Origin: Trypanosoma brucei
Taxonomy: Eukaryota
Length of the DNA: 64,000 nucleotides
Assembly (NCBI GenBank): GCA_000002445.1
Contig: CM000208.1
Coordinates: 2,848,001 to 2,912,000 of the forward strand
Direction of reading: 5' to 3'
Part shown: positions 12,197 to 23,450 of the stretch, piece by piece
Layout: every line of letters begins with the position of its first letter
Position numbering within the stretch: the first letter of the stretch is position 1
Notes under the pieces: generated by a model
What the model saw: the letters and a program-made list of their open reading frames with translations, nothing else
The model's database searches: none
What the model was told of the DNA's origin: nothing
Translations under genes and position numbers: made by a program

Positions 12197-12219
12197 CTGA
12201 CTGACTGACTGACTGACTG
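12197..12219. repeat. (CTGA)5-6 tetranucleotide repeat
   Basis: ctgactgactgactgactgactg read directly. Confidence 0.9.
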
Positions 12220-12496
12220 TGCGGAAGTGCGCGTGTATGTTTATATATTTAATCCGTCTGTGTATACATATATTCATCAATCTGCACGAGTGTGTGGATT
12301 ACAATTGTGTGTTGAGCCTACGGCATGGTCGGTTGCGGCTTGCGAAGCTGTTTGTCTCGCTTTTACCCAACTACTGTTGTCATTCTTGTTTTTACCATTA
12401 TGTTATGCTGTTTGCTTAATGCTTTTCATTCCCGTTATTTTGGTGGAAGGGCTTCCGGGGAGTCGACTGTGAATTCATTTCCAAACTAGAACTAGG

Positions 12497-13366
12497 ATGG
12501 TACTCCCACGCAAGTTGGTCGGTCAGTGTTGTTTACTGCTGCAGAAGAAGCAAACAGCGGCAAGCTATATGGCAAATGCAGGGAAAGTAGGAAGCGAGGA
12601 GAAGTGGGCGCAGGCCGCTATGGAGTATTTGCACGAAAAGCGTCACTGCAATGATAGCCGTAAACGGCAGCACGATGTGGATAATGAGCGACGCATGGCG
12701 TTTGCCTTTGATCGTTACTGCTCTGTAAATGAGAAAATTTTCACAGAGCGACTTTCCCGCTTATCGGACCGCATGACTGAGGCGCTAGAGACAATAAAGC
12801 AACTGGGCATGGACCATGCACTTGAAGAGGCATTGATGTTGTCGTCGGAGCAGCCCCCTTTGAACTTTCGCCGTCCAACCCTCACACCACCAGTTGCTGG
12901 ATATGAGCCTGGATTTGGACTTGACGTCCCTCAACTCCGCTCGAGGCAAGCGGAGTATCCACCGGTAGGGAGACCAACCGATGCCATGGAGTTTGGGGAA
13001 GAAAAGGATCCGTCGTTTCCCCTCGTTGAGTCGTTCCGTGTAGAGGACCTCACTACGCAGTGCTTAAATGAATTAGAGGAAAGGCATGGTGAGATACGGG
13101 AGGCAGCACCAACAACAGGTGTGGAAGGTGAGGCATGGGAAGCATATGTGGCGTTGCAAAAGAAAGCGTTAGCGCGGCAACAGCTTATATTTGAACTTTG
13201 CAACGATGGGGAATTGCGGGAACGGTATGATTCGGACGTTGCGTTCCGGCAGCGGGTGTGGGAGGAGAGAGGCATGCTCCCGCTTGAGATTGAGCGGGAA
13301 CGGCTGCATGAGGAGCCACGGCACTATGCCCAGGAGCCGGCCTATCACCCCTTTAGGAAGATGTAG
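12497..13366 (+). CDS. Hypothetical protein
   Basis: 289-aa ATG ORF with complex, non-repetitive composition on the coding strand; no named domain recognised. Confidence 0.5.
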   Translation: MVLPRKLVGQCCLLLQKKQTAASYMANAGKVGSEEKWAQAAMEYLHEKRHCNDSRKRQHDVDNERRMAFAFDRYCSVNEKIFTERLSRLSDRMTEALETIKQLGMDHALEEALMLSSEQPPLNFRRPTLTPPVAGYEPGFGLDVPQLRSRQAEYPPVGRPTDAMEFGEEKDPSFPLVESFRVEDLTTQCLNELEERHGEIREAAPTTGVEGEAWEAYVALQKKALARQQLIFELCNDGELRERYDSDVAFRQRVWEERGMLPLEIERERLHEEPRHYAQEPAYHPFRKM

Positions 13367-14606
13367 GATGCAGGTGGCGGGTGAGGGTCGCTTCATGGCT
13401 TAGGTTCGTCCGTTTTGGCGCTGTCGCTGCGGGTTATTTTTGCCAGGCCCTTTCTTTCTTTCTTTGTTATCGCTGTTGTCACCATTGTTGTTAATGGTCA
13501 CTCAAGTTTGTCGGTTGACTTCTTGTGGAAGGAAGTGCCACACATGGGTTCAAGTTGGTGTAAACTACGCGGCGTGATGTTCTCTAGATGTGGCGTGGCC
13601 CCGTCTTCTTTCGTAAACCTTCCAAAGTCAACTATAACACAAAGTGGTGAGCGTACTGCCCTCGGTGTTTTTTCTTCATGTCGTCTGTCACCACGAAAAG
13701 GCAATAAGCGAAGCGTCATCATAAGTAACCAAATAGTTTACATGTGTTGGCTAACAGTGTATGCGGTTTCCCAACGTGGCACCGGATGTGCGTTGATGAC
13801 GGGCAGGAGACCGATTTTTCGGCCTGACCCACAGTACCCAGCGCCTCGGGCGTCGCAACGTAACACTTTGGGTTTATGATTCCTCGGCGGTTGGGGGATC
13901 GTGACAAAGGACCCCAATGCTCCACCGCTTGTGCTGGGTAACTCGTGTGCATCATCCTTTAACTGTCGAGCCGATGAATTCAACTCACTAGCTTCTTGCG
14001 CAGGTTGGTGCGGAAGTCTCTCGGTGGGGTGTTCCCGCAGGGGGAAGGGCCATTTATTTTTTCTCCGCTAATCCCGATGCATACGCGCATGGAGGACGCA
14101 ACAGGGTTTGGTAGCTTGTCATCATAAAGCAGATGATTAAAAGCATTATTTAATCTCTCAGTGCGGTTGTATCCATTGCGTGAATGCGTTGCCGCGCGTT
14201 ATTGAATGACTGCGCACACAGTTGTGTGCTGATGGTTTACGCGTTACCGACAGGATCCAACCAGGGATAAATTTGAAGGTGGTTTCCCTGCAGAGGGGTG
14301 ATGTTAAGATATACGAAGGAATGCCTGGGAACGTACCCGCATGTTTAGTCGATTCAAGGGATAAAATTGTTTGTTGTATGTCACAGATTGAATGTAACTC
14401 TGAAGTTTTACAGTTAGGACTACCTTCTTTACTACGGTGGACAGTATCTGAGGAATGCGGCTGAACATCGCGTGTGGGAAGTGCCCTGTCAGATGGATAT
14501 GTGTGGGAGAAGTTATTATTCCGATGTGTTGACTGTGAGAATATAACCGAGTCACATGTGCCTCTGCTTCCGGTTCCCAATTGCACTTTCCACTGATAGA
14601 AGTTAA

Positions 14607-14998
14607 GGGTGTATCGGGAGAGGGTCCAACAGCACGGTGAACGGGATGATTGATTTTGACACAGGGCGTATGCTTTCAGTGAAGGTGCTCGTAAGGCACA
14701 TTTTCTACAAGTTCAAGTTCAAGTAAAAATGAGACTAATGGAGTCTCATTAGTTGTCGAAGCACATACTGCGCAGAGACCATCTGATTTTGATAACGCAA
14801 GTCTAACCCGCACTTTTGTGTGAGTTCTACGTTCTTCAATCGCTTTCGCACTCTGTTATTGTGCGATACTTGGGTGTAGAGGTGACTCCGACGCCTCTAT
14901 GCTTGGTGATGGAATACGTAGCGGGTGACCAGTTAGAAGACATTATCAATAAAACTCAGGTTCGCCCAATTAATGTGCCAATCACCTGTACATTCTAA
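14607..14998 (+). pseudogene. Relic of a protein-kinase N-lobe (subdomains I-V), frameshifted and truncated
   Basis: Reading frame 3 (14607-14723) gives CIGRGSNSTVNGMIDFDTGRMLSVKVL, a Gly-loop plus VAIK-like Lys, and then hits a stop. Frame 2 (14807-14998) gives CEFYVLQSLSHSVIVRYLGVEVTPTPLCLVMEYVAGDQLEDII, the alphaC Glu through hinge subdomains III-V. No HRD or DFG segment follows. The two pieces are separated by a palindromic insertion. Confidence 0.5.
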
Positions 14999-16642
14999 AA
15001 CTACTGCCGGGTTTGGGATACCTTTAATAATTTTGTGTTACCCACTGAAAGACCGAGAGTACCAACATGCTTTTGTCAGCGATCGGGAAGTTAAAATGTC
15101 GTGGATGTGGAGCAATCTTCTTTATTTTTCGCTCTTCTATTTATTCAAAAAACTTAGCTCAGTTTTTATTTTTAATATATTCCAAAATTGGATTCCTTTT
15201 CCTCTATGGTTTGACCGTGTATCGTCGTTACCATCTTTATTCCCCTGTGGGACTATACAGATATAAATTGTTTTCATCCCATTGTCACCGATTCGACCCT
15301 TTCCATACTATTGGGTTGTTCTAAAAGGTGGTAGTTTCTTCTTATCTTACCTTACCTCCACTTTATTATTATTATTACTTAAAAAGAAAAAAGAAAATGG
15401 CGTCTGAACCACAATTTTGCGTTATATAACATTCGCGTGAAACTTTCTTGAACATACAAAAGAAAATACGTAGCTGTAACTGTTTTTTTTTTAAAAAAAA
15501 CTTACGTTTTATGTTCTATTTTTTTTAGCCCCTTTTTTTTATTGCTCTTGCTTTTATGAGGTTTCTCAGACCGTACGAGGCGCTTTGTACCCAATTAAAT
15601 CTGAGGGAAGCGGAACGGGAAAATGTATAAGTGTGAACGGCAGTGCACTTTCTACACAAATCAGTGGGGATATTTATTTATTTTTTCCTTCTTCTTTGTC
15701 ATTATTTATTATTTTTTTTATTGATGTGTTGGATTATTTTGTTTTCCCTTTTGGGTTTTTATTCGGGCAACGTTTGCTTATGGAGAAGGAAGACAAGCAC
15801 ACCGCAAAAAAAAAAAAAGAGCGCTGAACATATGCGTATAAGAGAGAGAGAGAGATGAGGGATGTCAGGAGCAAAATTGGAGCGTGTGTGTCTATGTTGC
15901 AGAGGAAATGGTTACTGAGGTGACTGAAGATGTTTTGGCACTGCACAAGTAATTGGGGAGGGGAGGGGAATAAGGGATTAAGGAGGATAAAGTGTGAGTG
16001 AAAGTAGTAAAATAACCGAGTTCCCCTGCGGTTATTGCATTGAACGCACGCAGAACGAGTGGGACAGGGGCAATTTTTTTTTTTTTAATTGCTTCTTTTG
16101 GGTTGCTCACTTCTTCTCTATCGTCAGTGCCAGATGCGCACATCAGAACGTGGGCCACGTGAGACAAAAGAGAAAATGAAACAACCACTCACATATCAAC
16201 AATAGCCTTTGTGATAATAAAAATGAAATTACGCGACGTGTGTGTGTGTGTGGGGGGGCAGTGTTTTATTCCATTCATACACCTCCACGCCCAGTGTGCG
16301 AGCGCTAAATTTATGTGTGTAAATGTACCCTAAGGGACAACTGCGTGTGGAGTACTCTCTGGTTTACTGACTTCTTGTTTCCCTTTCGTCCGTTTATCTT
16401 TATTTATTTTTTTTTACTTTATTACTGCTATGTAGCGGACCTGAGATATACGTTATATATTTACACGTTTCTGCATAGTTGCAAATATGCGTGTATCTCA
16501 TTTTTTCCTGTGGTTGCTGCGACCCTGTGTGTGTACTGGGTTTGTTGATTGTGGCCGTATCGGTTACGCCTTCCAGTCACACTCATCCTTCGTAACTAAT
16601 GTACTTATATTTATCTATATTTGTCGAAATGCATGTGTTTTT

Positions 16643-16685
16643 ACGCTTTTACTACTTTTCGTCCGTGTCCTTCTCCTAACCGCAG
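16643..16685 (+). promoter_or_regulatory. Polypyrimidine tract plus AG upstream of the 1493-aa gene
   Basis: acgcttttactacttttcgtccgtgtccttctcctaaccgcag read directly, about 120 nt upstream of the ATG at 16808. Confidence 0.4.
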
Positions 16686-16807
16686 ACGGAAGGGTTAGCA
16701 GTAGTGTATCTCCCCTAAAGGGGGATATAATCTGTGAAAAAGTAAAGTGAACGTAGTATTCTTGGGTCGTACTAGAATAGCATAGGAAGGAAGGATATTA
16801 AACCACT

Positions 16808-19800
16808 ATGCGGGGGAGCTGCAGCGAGGGTGCATTATCAGGAGGATGTTTGCCATCTAGAGCTACAACAAACCCCTTAGGAGGACCCAGTTCAGCCGGA
16901 TCACTGGAAATGGCTGAGATGTTAGGAGCTGAAGCATTTTACGGGTTACCTATTCTTTGTTCCCTGTGGTCTGAGCGCAAACTCCCAAAACGACGCGGCG
17001 CGAGGGGGAGAGGCCAACATTGGTCTTGTGCTTCGGGTGAAAGCGGCAAGAAGCGGAATTGCAACCTTCCTCCACAGCTCCTCTTCACCATTATGAGTTA
17101 CCTCCTACCAGAAGGTATGTTGAAAATGAGGTTGGTTTGCCGTACCTTCAACGACGTGTTCCTCACGTACAGCGTCCAGGAAACATTCGCCGTGTCACTC
17201 CCCCGTAGTTTCATGGAACCGACAGTAGGATTTCAAACTCTCTCAGGACTGATAAAAGAACGTGAGGCCGTTCTACGCAATAAGGAGCGCTCCTGGTCTA
17301 AGTGGCTCTCAGCATACGTGGTGATGTGGCTCCGAAAAGAAGCAAACAATGATACCATAAGCAAGGCGACGGTGGAGGGACAAGCCCTGTGGGTGCAGCT
17401 TCAGCGATCGCGGGTGTTATGTCGGCTCGCAATGGAGGAATGGCTCGGGCACCTCTCAGACTGCCGCCGTGCGCAGTATAATATACGTAGGAACTGGTTC
17501 AACCCAACAAATTTGGGTTGTACGTTGCGGACTGGAGTGCCGCCCGTTTTCCTACCGGATGGAACACTCTGCATTAATGACCCACCAGATGTAGTGAAGT
17601 TTTACGCCAAGCGTGACAGGGGGTTGCCTTTGTGTGAAGATGCGCTCTCTCACAAAACTGTATCGCGAAAAAACGACTCGCTTAAGGACATGTGGGCTCC
17701 CTTTGAAGAGCTTGCGTTTCCTGCATATGTGTGTCTAATGTATTATGACCCTTACGTGGATGCGCTCCACATCAGTCTGGCGAGCGGCACGTGCACACTT
17801 TGGCGTGTGAACAGCATAGGAATTGAGGCTGCAGCGCATCGCACTGCATCTGAAGCGGATTTTGAGAGTTCTTCACATCAACTGTGGCGTAAGACTGATC
17901 TTCCTTGCCGTAGCATCCCTAGCAGAATTGAGGTGGTGGGAAACTACACCATTTCTAGCGAGTTTCTTGCTTGTTCCGTGACGATGACAAGAGACGGTAT
18001 TAAGCTAGAGGACTACAGGTGGAGTGAAGACGAAGTGATGTCTAAAGTGCGTTTGTTTGGTGAGGGCGCGAATGGCGACACTAGTCGTATCATCGTGGCA
18101 AGTTGTGGCCGAGACGTGTCAGCATCCCTTCTTCCGAGAGCCACTGCCGGTGATGCACACCTTACGAAGGAGGATGTGGCAGTACTGAACATTTTGCAAA
18201 ATCAGTTGTCAAACGCGAGTAACAGTGTAAACAGACCTCGAGCGGGTCCTACTCGCGGTGAAGCTTCTGCGAATGAATCCCATAGACCGTCTGCCACCAA
18301 CTCTGTTGATGGTATTAACGGTGGGCATAACGATGTGGAGAGTGGCAATAACGGCGGGAATATCATTTCTATTGCCGGTGGGCCTGGTAACGGAGCATTT
18401 GAGCTGCTTGTTGACGACATTGAGCACGAAGGAGTAGGAACTGCTGCGTCTGAGGTAACCGCTAACCACCTGGAAGGGGAAAGGGGAGATAGAATCACCG
18501 ACTTCAGGCCCTCTTCAATCACAATTAATTCCACCGAGAGAATCGACATAAAGCGACACGTTTTTGGAGTGTTCAACGAGCAGGCGAGACTGATGTGCAC
18601 TGTTGCGATCACACACGAAGTGGCTGTTTTCATTTTGACCCAATCAGGTTGCAGGACATTAGGAGTAAATTACAGCGGAGGAATACATGCTGCGTCCGTG
18701 CTGAGCTCACCGGTGTTTAAGCGTTGTGAGTCACCTACAGCAGAGCACCCGTGCGAGGAGGGAGATGCATTGTTTCTGTGCGCCTCTCAACACAACGTAC
18801 TAATCTGTCAGCAGAAGTTATATCGTCGCCTGGAAGAGGTTGAAATATTGGTTATTCACCAGAATCACCGAGAGGCAGCAACATCACGAGGCGCTTTGCG
18901 GCCAAGTGAGCAGCGTTATGGGACGTGGTATTTTCTTAAGGGGTATTCATACCACTCTCCACCAATGATATTGAGACCATTGGTGGAGGTTTCTTCTCTT
19001 ATGCTGCAGGCATTCGTTCAACCGCGTCCCCTATTACCGGAGCATCTAGAATGGCTCAGTAAAAGGTCAAATGAGGGAACATGCAAGGTAGATTGTCAAC
19101 GGCAGCGGGAGGAGCACCTCCCGCCGTACAAGTCTTCCTGGTGGTGCCCGCAAAGGGACGGACACCCTTACTTCCACAAGCCATTTGTAATGTTTATTTC
19201 AAAATTTGTGGGGTATCTACTTGCTGGTTGCGACTGTACTTCCGGGGGATACCAGGAGGTCTCTACGGACGACCGAGAGCATTTTCATAGCGTTCCCCTC
19301 CTTGATGGGATTGCAGTGAAGCGGCTCCACCCGTCCGCAGTGGCACTGTCGCCTTCGCATGCTTTTTTCGTCCTCGGAATGGAAAACGGTTCGATTCTGA
19401 TGGTGTCTCCATCATGTCGAAAGTGTGATCAGGCAAAAGACGGTCAGGGGGGTTGCACCACAGATGCGCAGGTCAATGGGGCCCATCTCATTGAGCAATT
19501 GGACACCATATCCATTCCCGAAGGTGGGGAGGGATATTTGGCGAGCAGAGAAGCCCCCCAACTTCTTGTTGCTGGCGAGGACTTGCACGAGGAAGGAGCG
19601 GATGAAGGAGAAAGCTCCTCAAGCTCCGAAGATGAGGCTGCACACCCCCGCTCTCAACACCCACATACAAGCCATTTATACCGAACAACAATAATTAGCA
19701 ACAGGGTGCGTGGTTCGGCGCGGCAAAAGCGCAACCTTCGGTCGTTCACCCCACAACAGCTGTTTGGATGTGCTTTCCATGAGGATCCATACATCTCTGC

Positions 19801-21289
19801 GTTACAGCGCTGTTCATCATCGATTCTTAATTCAATGGAACGCCTTGAAGGGGAACAGCGGCGGCACCATCCCACACCGATTCATGCCGTCTGGATTCAT
19901 GCCCCGCGTGATTGCTACCGGTTCTCACGTAAGTCAGGCATATGGAGTATGCACTTGGATGATTGGAAATTAACCGTACTTAACAGGCTGTATGAACTAA
20001 CGGTATACGACCTCTCTATGCAATCTTTCGTCGGAAAAGACAATGTTAAAGGGAGTGTTGTGTTCGCACCACTACTAACACTGAGCCCATATTTAAGTCA
20101 TCCGTTTCTGGGTGTCCCAATGAAAGATGAGGAGAAGTGGCTTTGTTCGAAGATACGTAGACGGATGCGGGCGGAAACGGAACGAACTGCCTCTGGATGG
20201 GAAATTGTGTGGCACAATGGAGTGCTGGTTGTGCTTGGAGTGTCAAAAGGATGGAGGTACTCCGTTTTTGACTTTCATGCAAGGTTTAGTGACCCCGATG
20301 TGAAAAACTTTTCAGACCCAGCGCCAGTGGCATATTCAGCTAAGCGAGACGAGTACTATGAAAGTATTTCTGGTTCTCAAATGTTAGTGCCTCTCGATTT
20401 TGGAAAAAAAGGGACTCACAAGCTAGCGCTGCCCCGTCACTTCCCACTCCTTAGGCGGGACGAGAATATGTATTTGGTGAGGCTTTCGGTAAGGGCCGTC
20501 ACATTGGTGTTTCTATGCGTGGCGTTAATACTGGTGATGCTGCGTATCGATGGATATATCACAGCGCCGCATTGGGTCGCAGCCGCTGCTTACGCTCCGT
20601 ATGCACTAGACGTCATCGCCAACTCATTCACAGACTATGATAGATATTACATAGTCCGTAGTGACGTGCCATTTTACATTCGTCTTTTCTCTGACCTGCT
20701 TCTCTATATCGTGTTCCCCGTTGTTTTCACTCTGCGTCGTGATTTGTACCCGAGATTCAACACGCCGTGGATCGTCCTGACAATACCGTTGTGTGTTGCC
20801 ATCGCTATGAAGTCACTGCCGGACATTTATATTAATATGCACCCCGGGCAGCGGCACTGGTTTGCGTGGGTTACTACATCGCGACTGTTGAAGGCGCTGT
20901 ACGAATGGCTGATAATTTCGACAATCGTCCTTCTAGCTCTGTATTTCGATGGTCCTTCTGGTCGTGATCCACTTGCACCGAAGTTCCACATTGCTCTGGC
21001 CTTAACTCCGGTAATGTTGTTAATATTAATATTGAAGGTGAAATCTGCTGCTGCCTTTGTCCGAACTGGAAACTGGAGGCTTTATCTTACTTGCTTATTT
21101 CCATTACTTCTGTTGGCACTTCAGGTGATGCTGTTCGTTGGTGAGTTCAAGGACTACTATGAATATATTGGTAAACCGATCACCACGCCTAAACCGTCGG
21201 CGTCTCAGTCCCTTTTCATTCTTCCCTTTTCTGTTATTGTGGTGGCGATTTACAAGGGATATACCGTGGCTTCAGTTCTTTGTAGGTAG
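16808..21289 (+). CDS. Large hypothetical protein with an N-terminal F-box-like motif and a C-terminal polytopic membrane domain
   Basis: 1493 aa. LPPQLLFTIMSYLLPEGMLKMRLVCRTFNDVF fits the F-box consensus LPxEiLxxIfsyLxxxdLxxxxxVCkxW. The last 300 aa or so contain about six long hydrophobic helices (for example LVFLCVALILVMLRI, WIVLTIPLCVAIAM, LIISTIVLLALYF, LTPVMLLILIL, LFPLLLLALQVMLFV). Confidence 0.7.
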   Translation: MRGSCSEGALSGGCLPSRATTNPLGGPSSAGSLEMAEMLGAEAFYGLPILCSLWSERKLPKRRGARGRGQHWSCASGESGKKRNCNLPPQLLFTIMSYLLPEGMLKMRLVCRTFNDVFLTYSVQETFAVSLPRSFMEPTVGFQTLSGLIKEREAVLRNKERSWSKWLSAYVVMWLRKEANNDTISKATVEGQALWVQLQRSRVLCRLAMEEWLGHLSDCRRAQYNIRRNWFNPTNLGCTLRTGVPPVFLPDGTLCINDPPDVVKFYAKRDRGLPLCEDALSHKTVSRKNDSLKDMWAPFEELAFPAYVCLMYYDPYVDALHISLASGTCTLWRVNSIGIEAAAHRTASEADFESSSHQLWRKTDLPCRSIPSRIEVVGNYTISSEFLACSVTMTRDGIKLEDYRWSEDEVMSKVRLFGEGANGDTSRIIVASCGRDVSASLLPRATAGDAHLTKEDVAVLNILQNQLSNASNSVNRPRAGPTRGEASANESHRPSATNSVDGINGGHNDVESGNNGGNIISIAGGPGNGAFELLVDDIEHEGVGTAASEVTANHLEGERGDRITDFRPSSITINSTERIDIKRHVFGVFNEQARLMCTVAITHEVAVFILTQSGCRTLGVNYSGGIHAASVLSSPVFKRCESPTAEHPCEEGDALFLCASQHNVLICQQKLYRRLEEVEILVIHQNHREAATSRGALRPSEQRYGTWYFLKGYSYHSPPMILRPLVEVSSLMLQAFVQPRPLLPEHLEWLSKRSNEGTCKVDCQRQREEHLPPYKSSWWCPQRDGHPYFHKPFVMFISKFVGYLLAGCDCTSGGYQEVSTDDREHFHSVPLLDGIAVKRLHPSAVALSPSHAFFVLGMENGSILMVSPSCRKCDQAKDGQGGCTTDAQVNGAHLIEQLDTISIPEGGEGYLASREAPQLLVAGEDLHEEGADEGESSSSSEDEAAHPRSQHPHTSHLYRTTIISNRVRGSARQKRNLRSFTPQQLFGCAFHEDPYISALQRCSSSILNSMERLEGEQRRHHPTPIHAVWIHAPRDCYRFSRKSGIWSMHLDDWKLTVLNRLYELTVYDLSMQSFVGKDNVKGSVVFAPLLTLSPYLSHPFLGVPMKDEEKWLCSKIRRRMRAETERTASGWEIVWHNGVLVVLGVSKGWRYSVFDFHARFSDPDVKNFSDPAPVAYSAKRDEYYESISGSQMLVPLDFGKKGTHKLALPRHFPLLRRDENMYLVRLSVRAVTLVFLCVALILVMLRIDGYITAPHWVAAAAYAPYALDVIANSFTDYDRYYIVRSDVPFYIRLFSDLLLYIVFPVVFTLRRDLYPRFNTPWIVLTIPLCVAIAMKSLPDIYINMHPGQRHWFAWVTTSRLLKALYEWLIISTIVLLALYFDGPSGRDPLAPKFHIALALTPVMLLILILKVKSAAAFVRTGNWRLYLTCLFPLLLLALQVMLFVGEFKDYYEYIGKPITTPKPSASQSLFILPFSVIVVAIYKGYTVASVLCR

Positions 21290-22481
21290 CGAGGAGGTGA
21301 CGGTGACGAGATAACACCTTCTTGATGTTTTTTTTCCCCAGCATGTGGGGTTCCTGCTTTCGTTGGTTTTGGTTTTTGCAAAGAAAAATAAAATATTAAC
21401 ATTTGTTTGTGTGTAGAAACGTACATGCATACGGAAGTATACGATTATATTTGAATGCACAAGTATATAGGTTAGTACGTGTAGTATATGTAGTTACTGA
21501 GGAAGGATCAATTGTTGCGTGTGTTGGCACTTGCGAACAACTTTTTTTGTTTTTGTTTTCTGCCTTGCTAGGGGTTCTGGGAAATAAACTGTGCAGGGTA
21601 TTTGATGCTGTGTTTTTGTCGCATACTTTTGGTTTGATCTGCTTGTCCTGGATTTGTGCTGTGGTACTTCTTTCATATCATGTACTGGGGGAGAGGGGGT
21701 GAAGCTGGGTTTTTTTGCTCTATTTTTTTTTTCATTTTCCTTGTCATATTTCGTTCGAAGCGGTTACTTCGCCGTTCAACTGTTTTTTAACGCGTTTCCT
21801 CTCCTCGACCGCGGAATCCGTGAGTTGTTTATTTGCGTCTTGAGGTGTTGGTGTGCGGTGGAGAACCCACTTATCGATTTTTAACTCTTTTTTTGTTTTT
21901 GTCCACTGCTCCCATTTTACCAGCATCCACAGCTGTTCGGGAGTATGGACGGGGGTTTAAAATCCCTGTTCTTTAATTGCATCCCCTTTCTTTCTTTTCT
22001 GTTGTATTACTTCTTACCGCGCACCAATATTTGCCTTTGTAATGTCTTTTATTTTTCTCTTTCAACCCATTCGTCAGGGATGTTGATGTCATCTCTCTTT
22101 CTCGATGTGCTCGTCGTCCTTCCCTTTTTATTACTATTATTACTATTTCCTTTTCCCCAAATTTCCCCTTTTTTGTTTTGTTCGCTCGCTTACGAGTTTC
22201 GTACGGGAAAGAGGGAATTCAGGGATGGGAGACGGCACGTAACTGGAAAAGACTCGACGAATGGTATGGACCATGTAACAGTTCGCACACCCATATGGGG
22301 GAACCCTAAAAGGGCGCATCGCGTGCGTCTGCATGTTCCATCCTTATTTTCTTTTTTTGTTTCTTTTGTTTTTCCTACCTTTTAACTCAATCTCCCCTAT
22401 TAACACGCATTTTACCCCTTCCCCCGTCTCTCTCTCTCTCTTGCAGCACTTGTTCCCTCAGTACATGCAAGTGTTTCCCCT

Positions 22482-22492
22482 CCCCCCCCCCC
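22482..22492. repeat. C11 homopolymer (G11 on the minus strand)
   Basis: Read directly; a second C12 run lies at 22581-22592. Confidence 0.8.
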
Positions 22493-23450
22493 ACTTTCCC
22501 ATCGTACAGGTGGAGACGAAGAAGGAAATTTTGTTTGAGCGCCACTAAACTGTTTCTGTGGTTTCCTTGTTTTGGGATTTCCCCCCCCCCCCAATCACAT
22601 AATTCCAAACCGATTTTCCTCTTTCATTTTTTTTCTACATTGCGGTTTCGCTCCCACTTGCATTTTCTTTCCATTCAGTAACTCTCCACCCACCAAAAAG
22701 TCCCCCTTTATATGCCAGTTTACCTTTAGTTCCCATTTTTGTTGATTGCTTTTTTTTTTTAAAAAAAATTGTTATTATCATTTCCTTTTGACCTCTAATT
22801 ATATTTGAGTGCGTTTGTTCTTAGGTATATTTCTTCCATGGAAAACGCTGGAGAATGAGAAGGAGGGGACGCGTTTGTATGTTTTGACTCGAAGGAAGGG
22901 GGGACGGGGGAACGGAGATGTAACGGCTATTTGTCATCGCATATGTTTTTTTTTTCTTAAGCGGGATAATATGTCACGAAATAGAAGGAGCCCGGAGGTC
23001 GTTTGCACCGCCGGTGTGGTGGTAAGCAGTAGATGAAAGTTTTAATGTTAATATATTGAAGTTGTGAGTCTGAACGGGGAAAACTGATTCCAGCGGTGCA
23101 CCCTACCACTGGTTGCATGAAGTGTAAGCGATTACAGGAAAATAAAAAAAGACAGGTGGAAGGACAATCTTTCGACAAAGCAGAAGGGGAAAAAGTGATG
23201 GGGGTCATATTTATCACTTCTCTCTTCTCTCCTCACACCTTCTTTGTCAAAACTTTAGGAGGTAAAGCATCCTTCCTGACGATCACTTAAACGGATTCTT
23301 GGCCTTGTGGAAGCAGTAGCAGAAAATCAACAAGAGGAATATACATATATATACCAAAGGAAGAAGGCTCTCCGCTTCTAATTGTATTAGTGCTGTAATC
23401 ACACTGAGTTTTTGCACCGTTTCCGCACTCCAGCACAAACGATATTTCGA

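Noticed and set aside
11468-12280. Several 120-155-aa ORFs on both strands between the MAP kinase and the next gene
   Set aside because: They lie in low-complexity sequence (poly-T, (ATATTA)n-like, poly-purine); the translations are runs of F/L/S/K/E and have no plausible fold.
13415-13879. 154-aa plus-strand ORF
   Set aside because: It starts at TTG and the first ATG is far inside; no motif is present. It is more likely decayed or UTR sequence next to the kinase relic than a gene.
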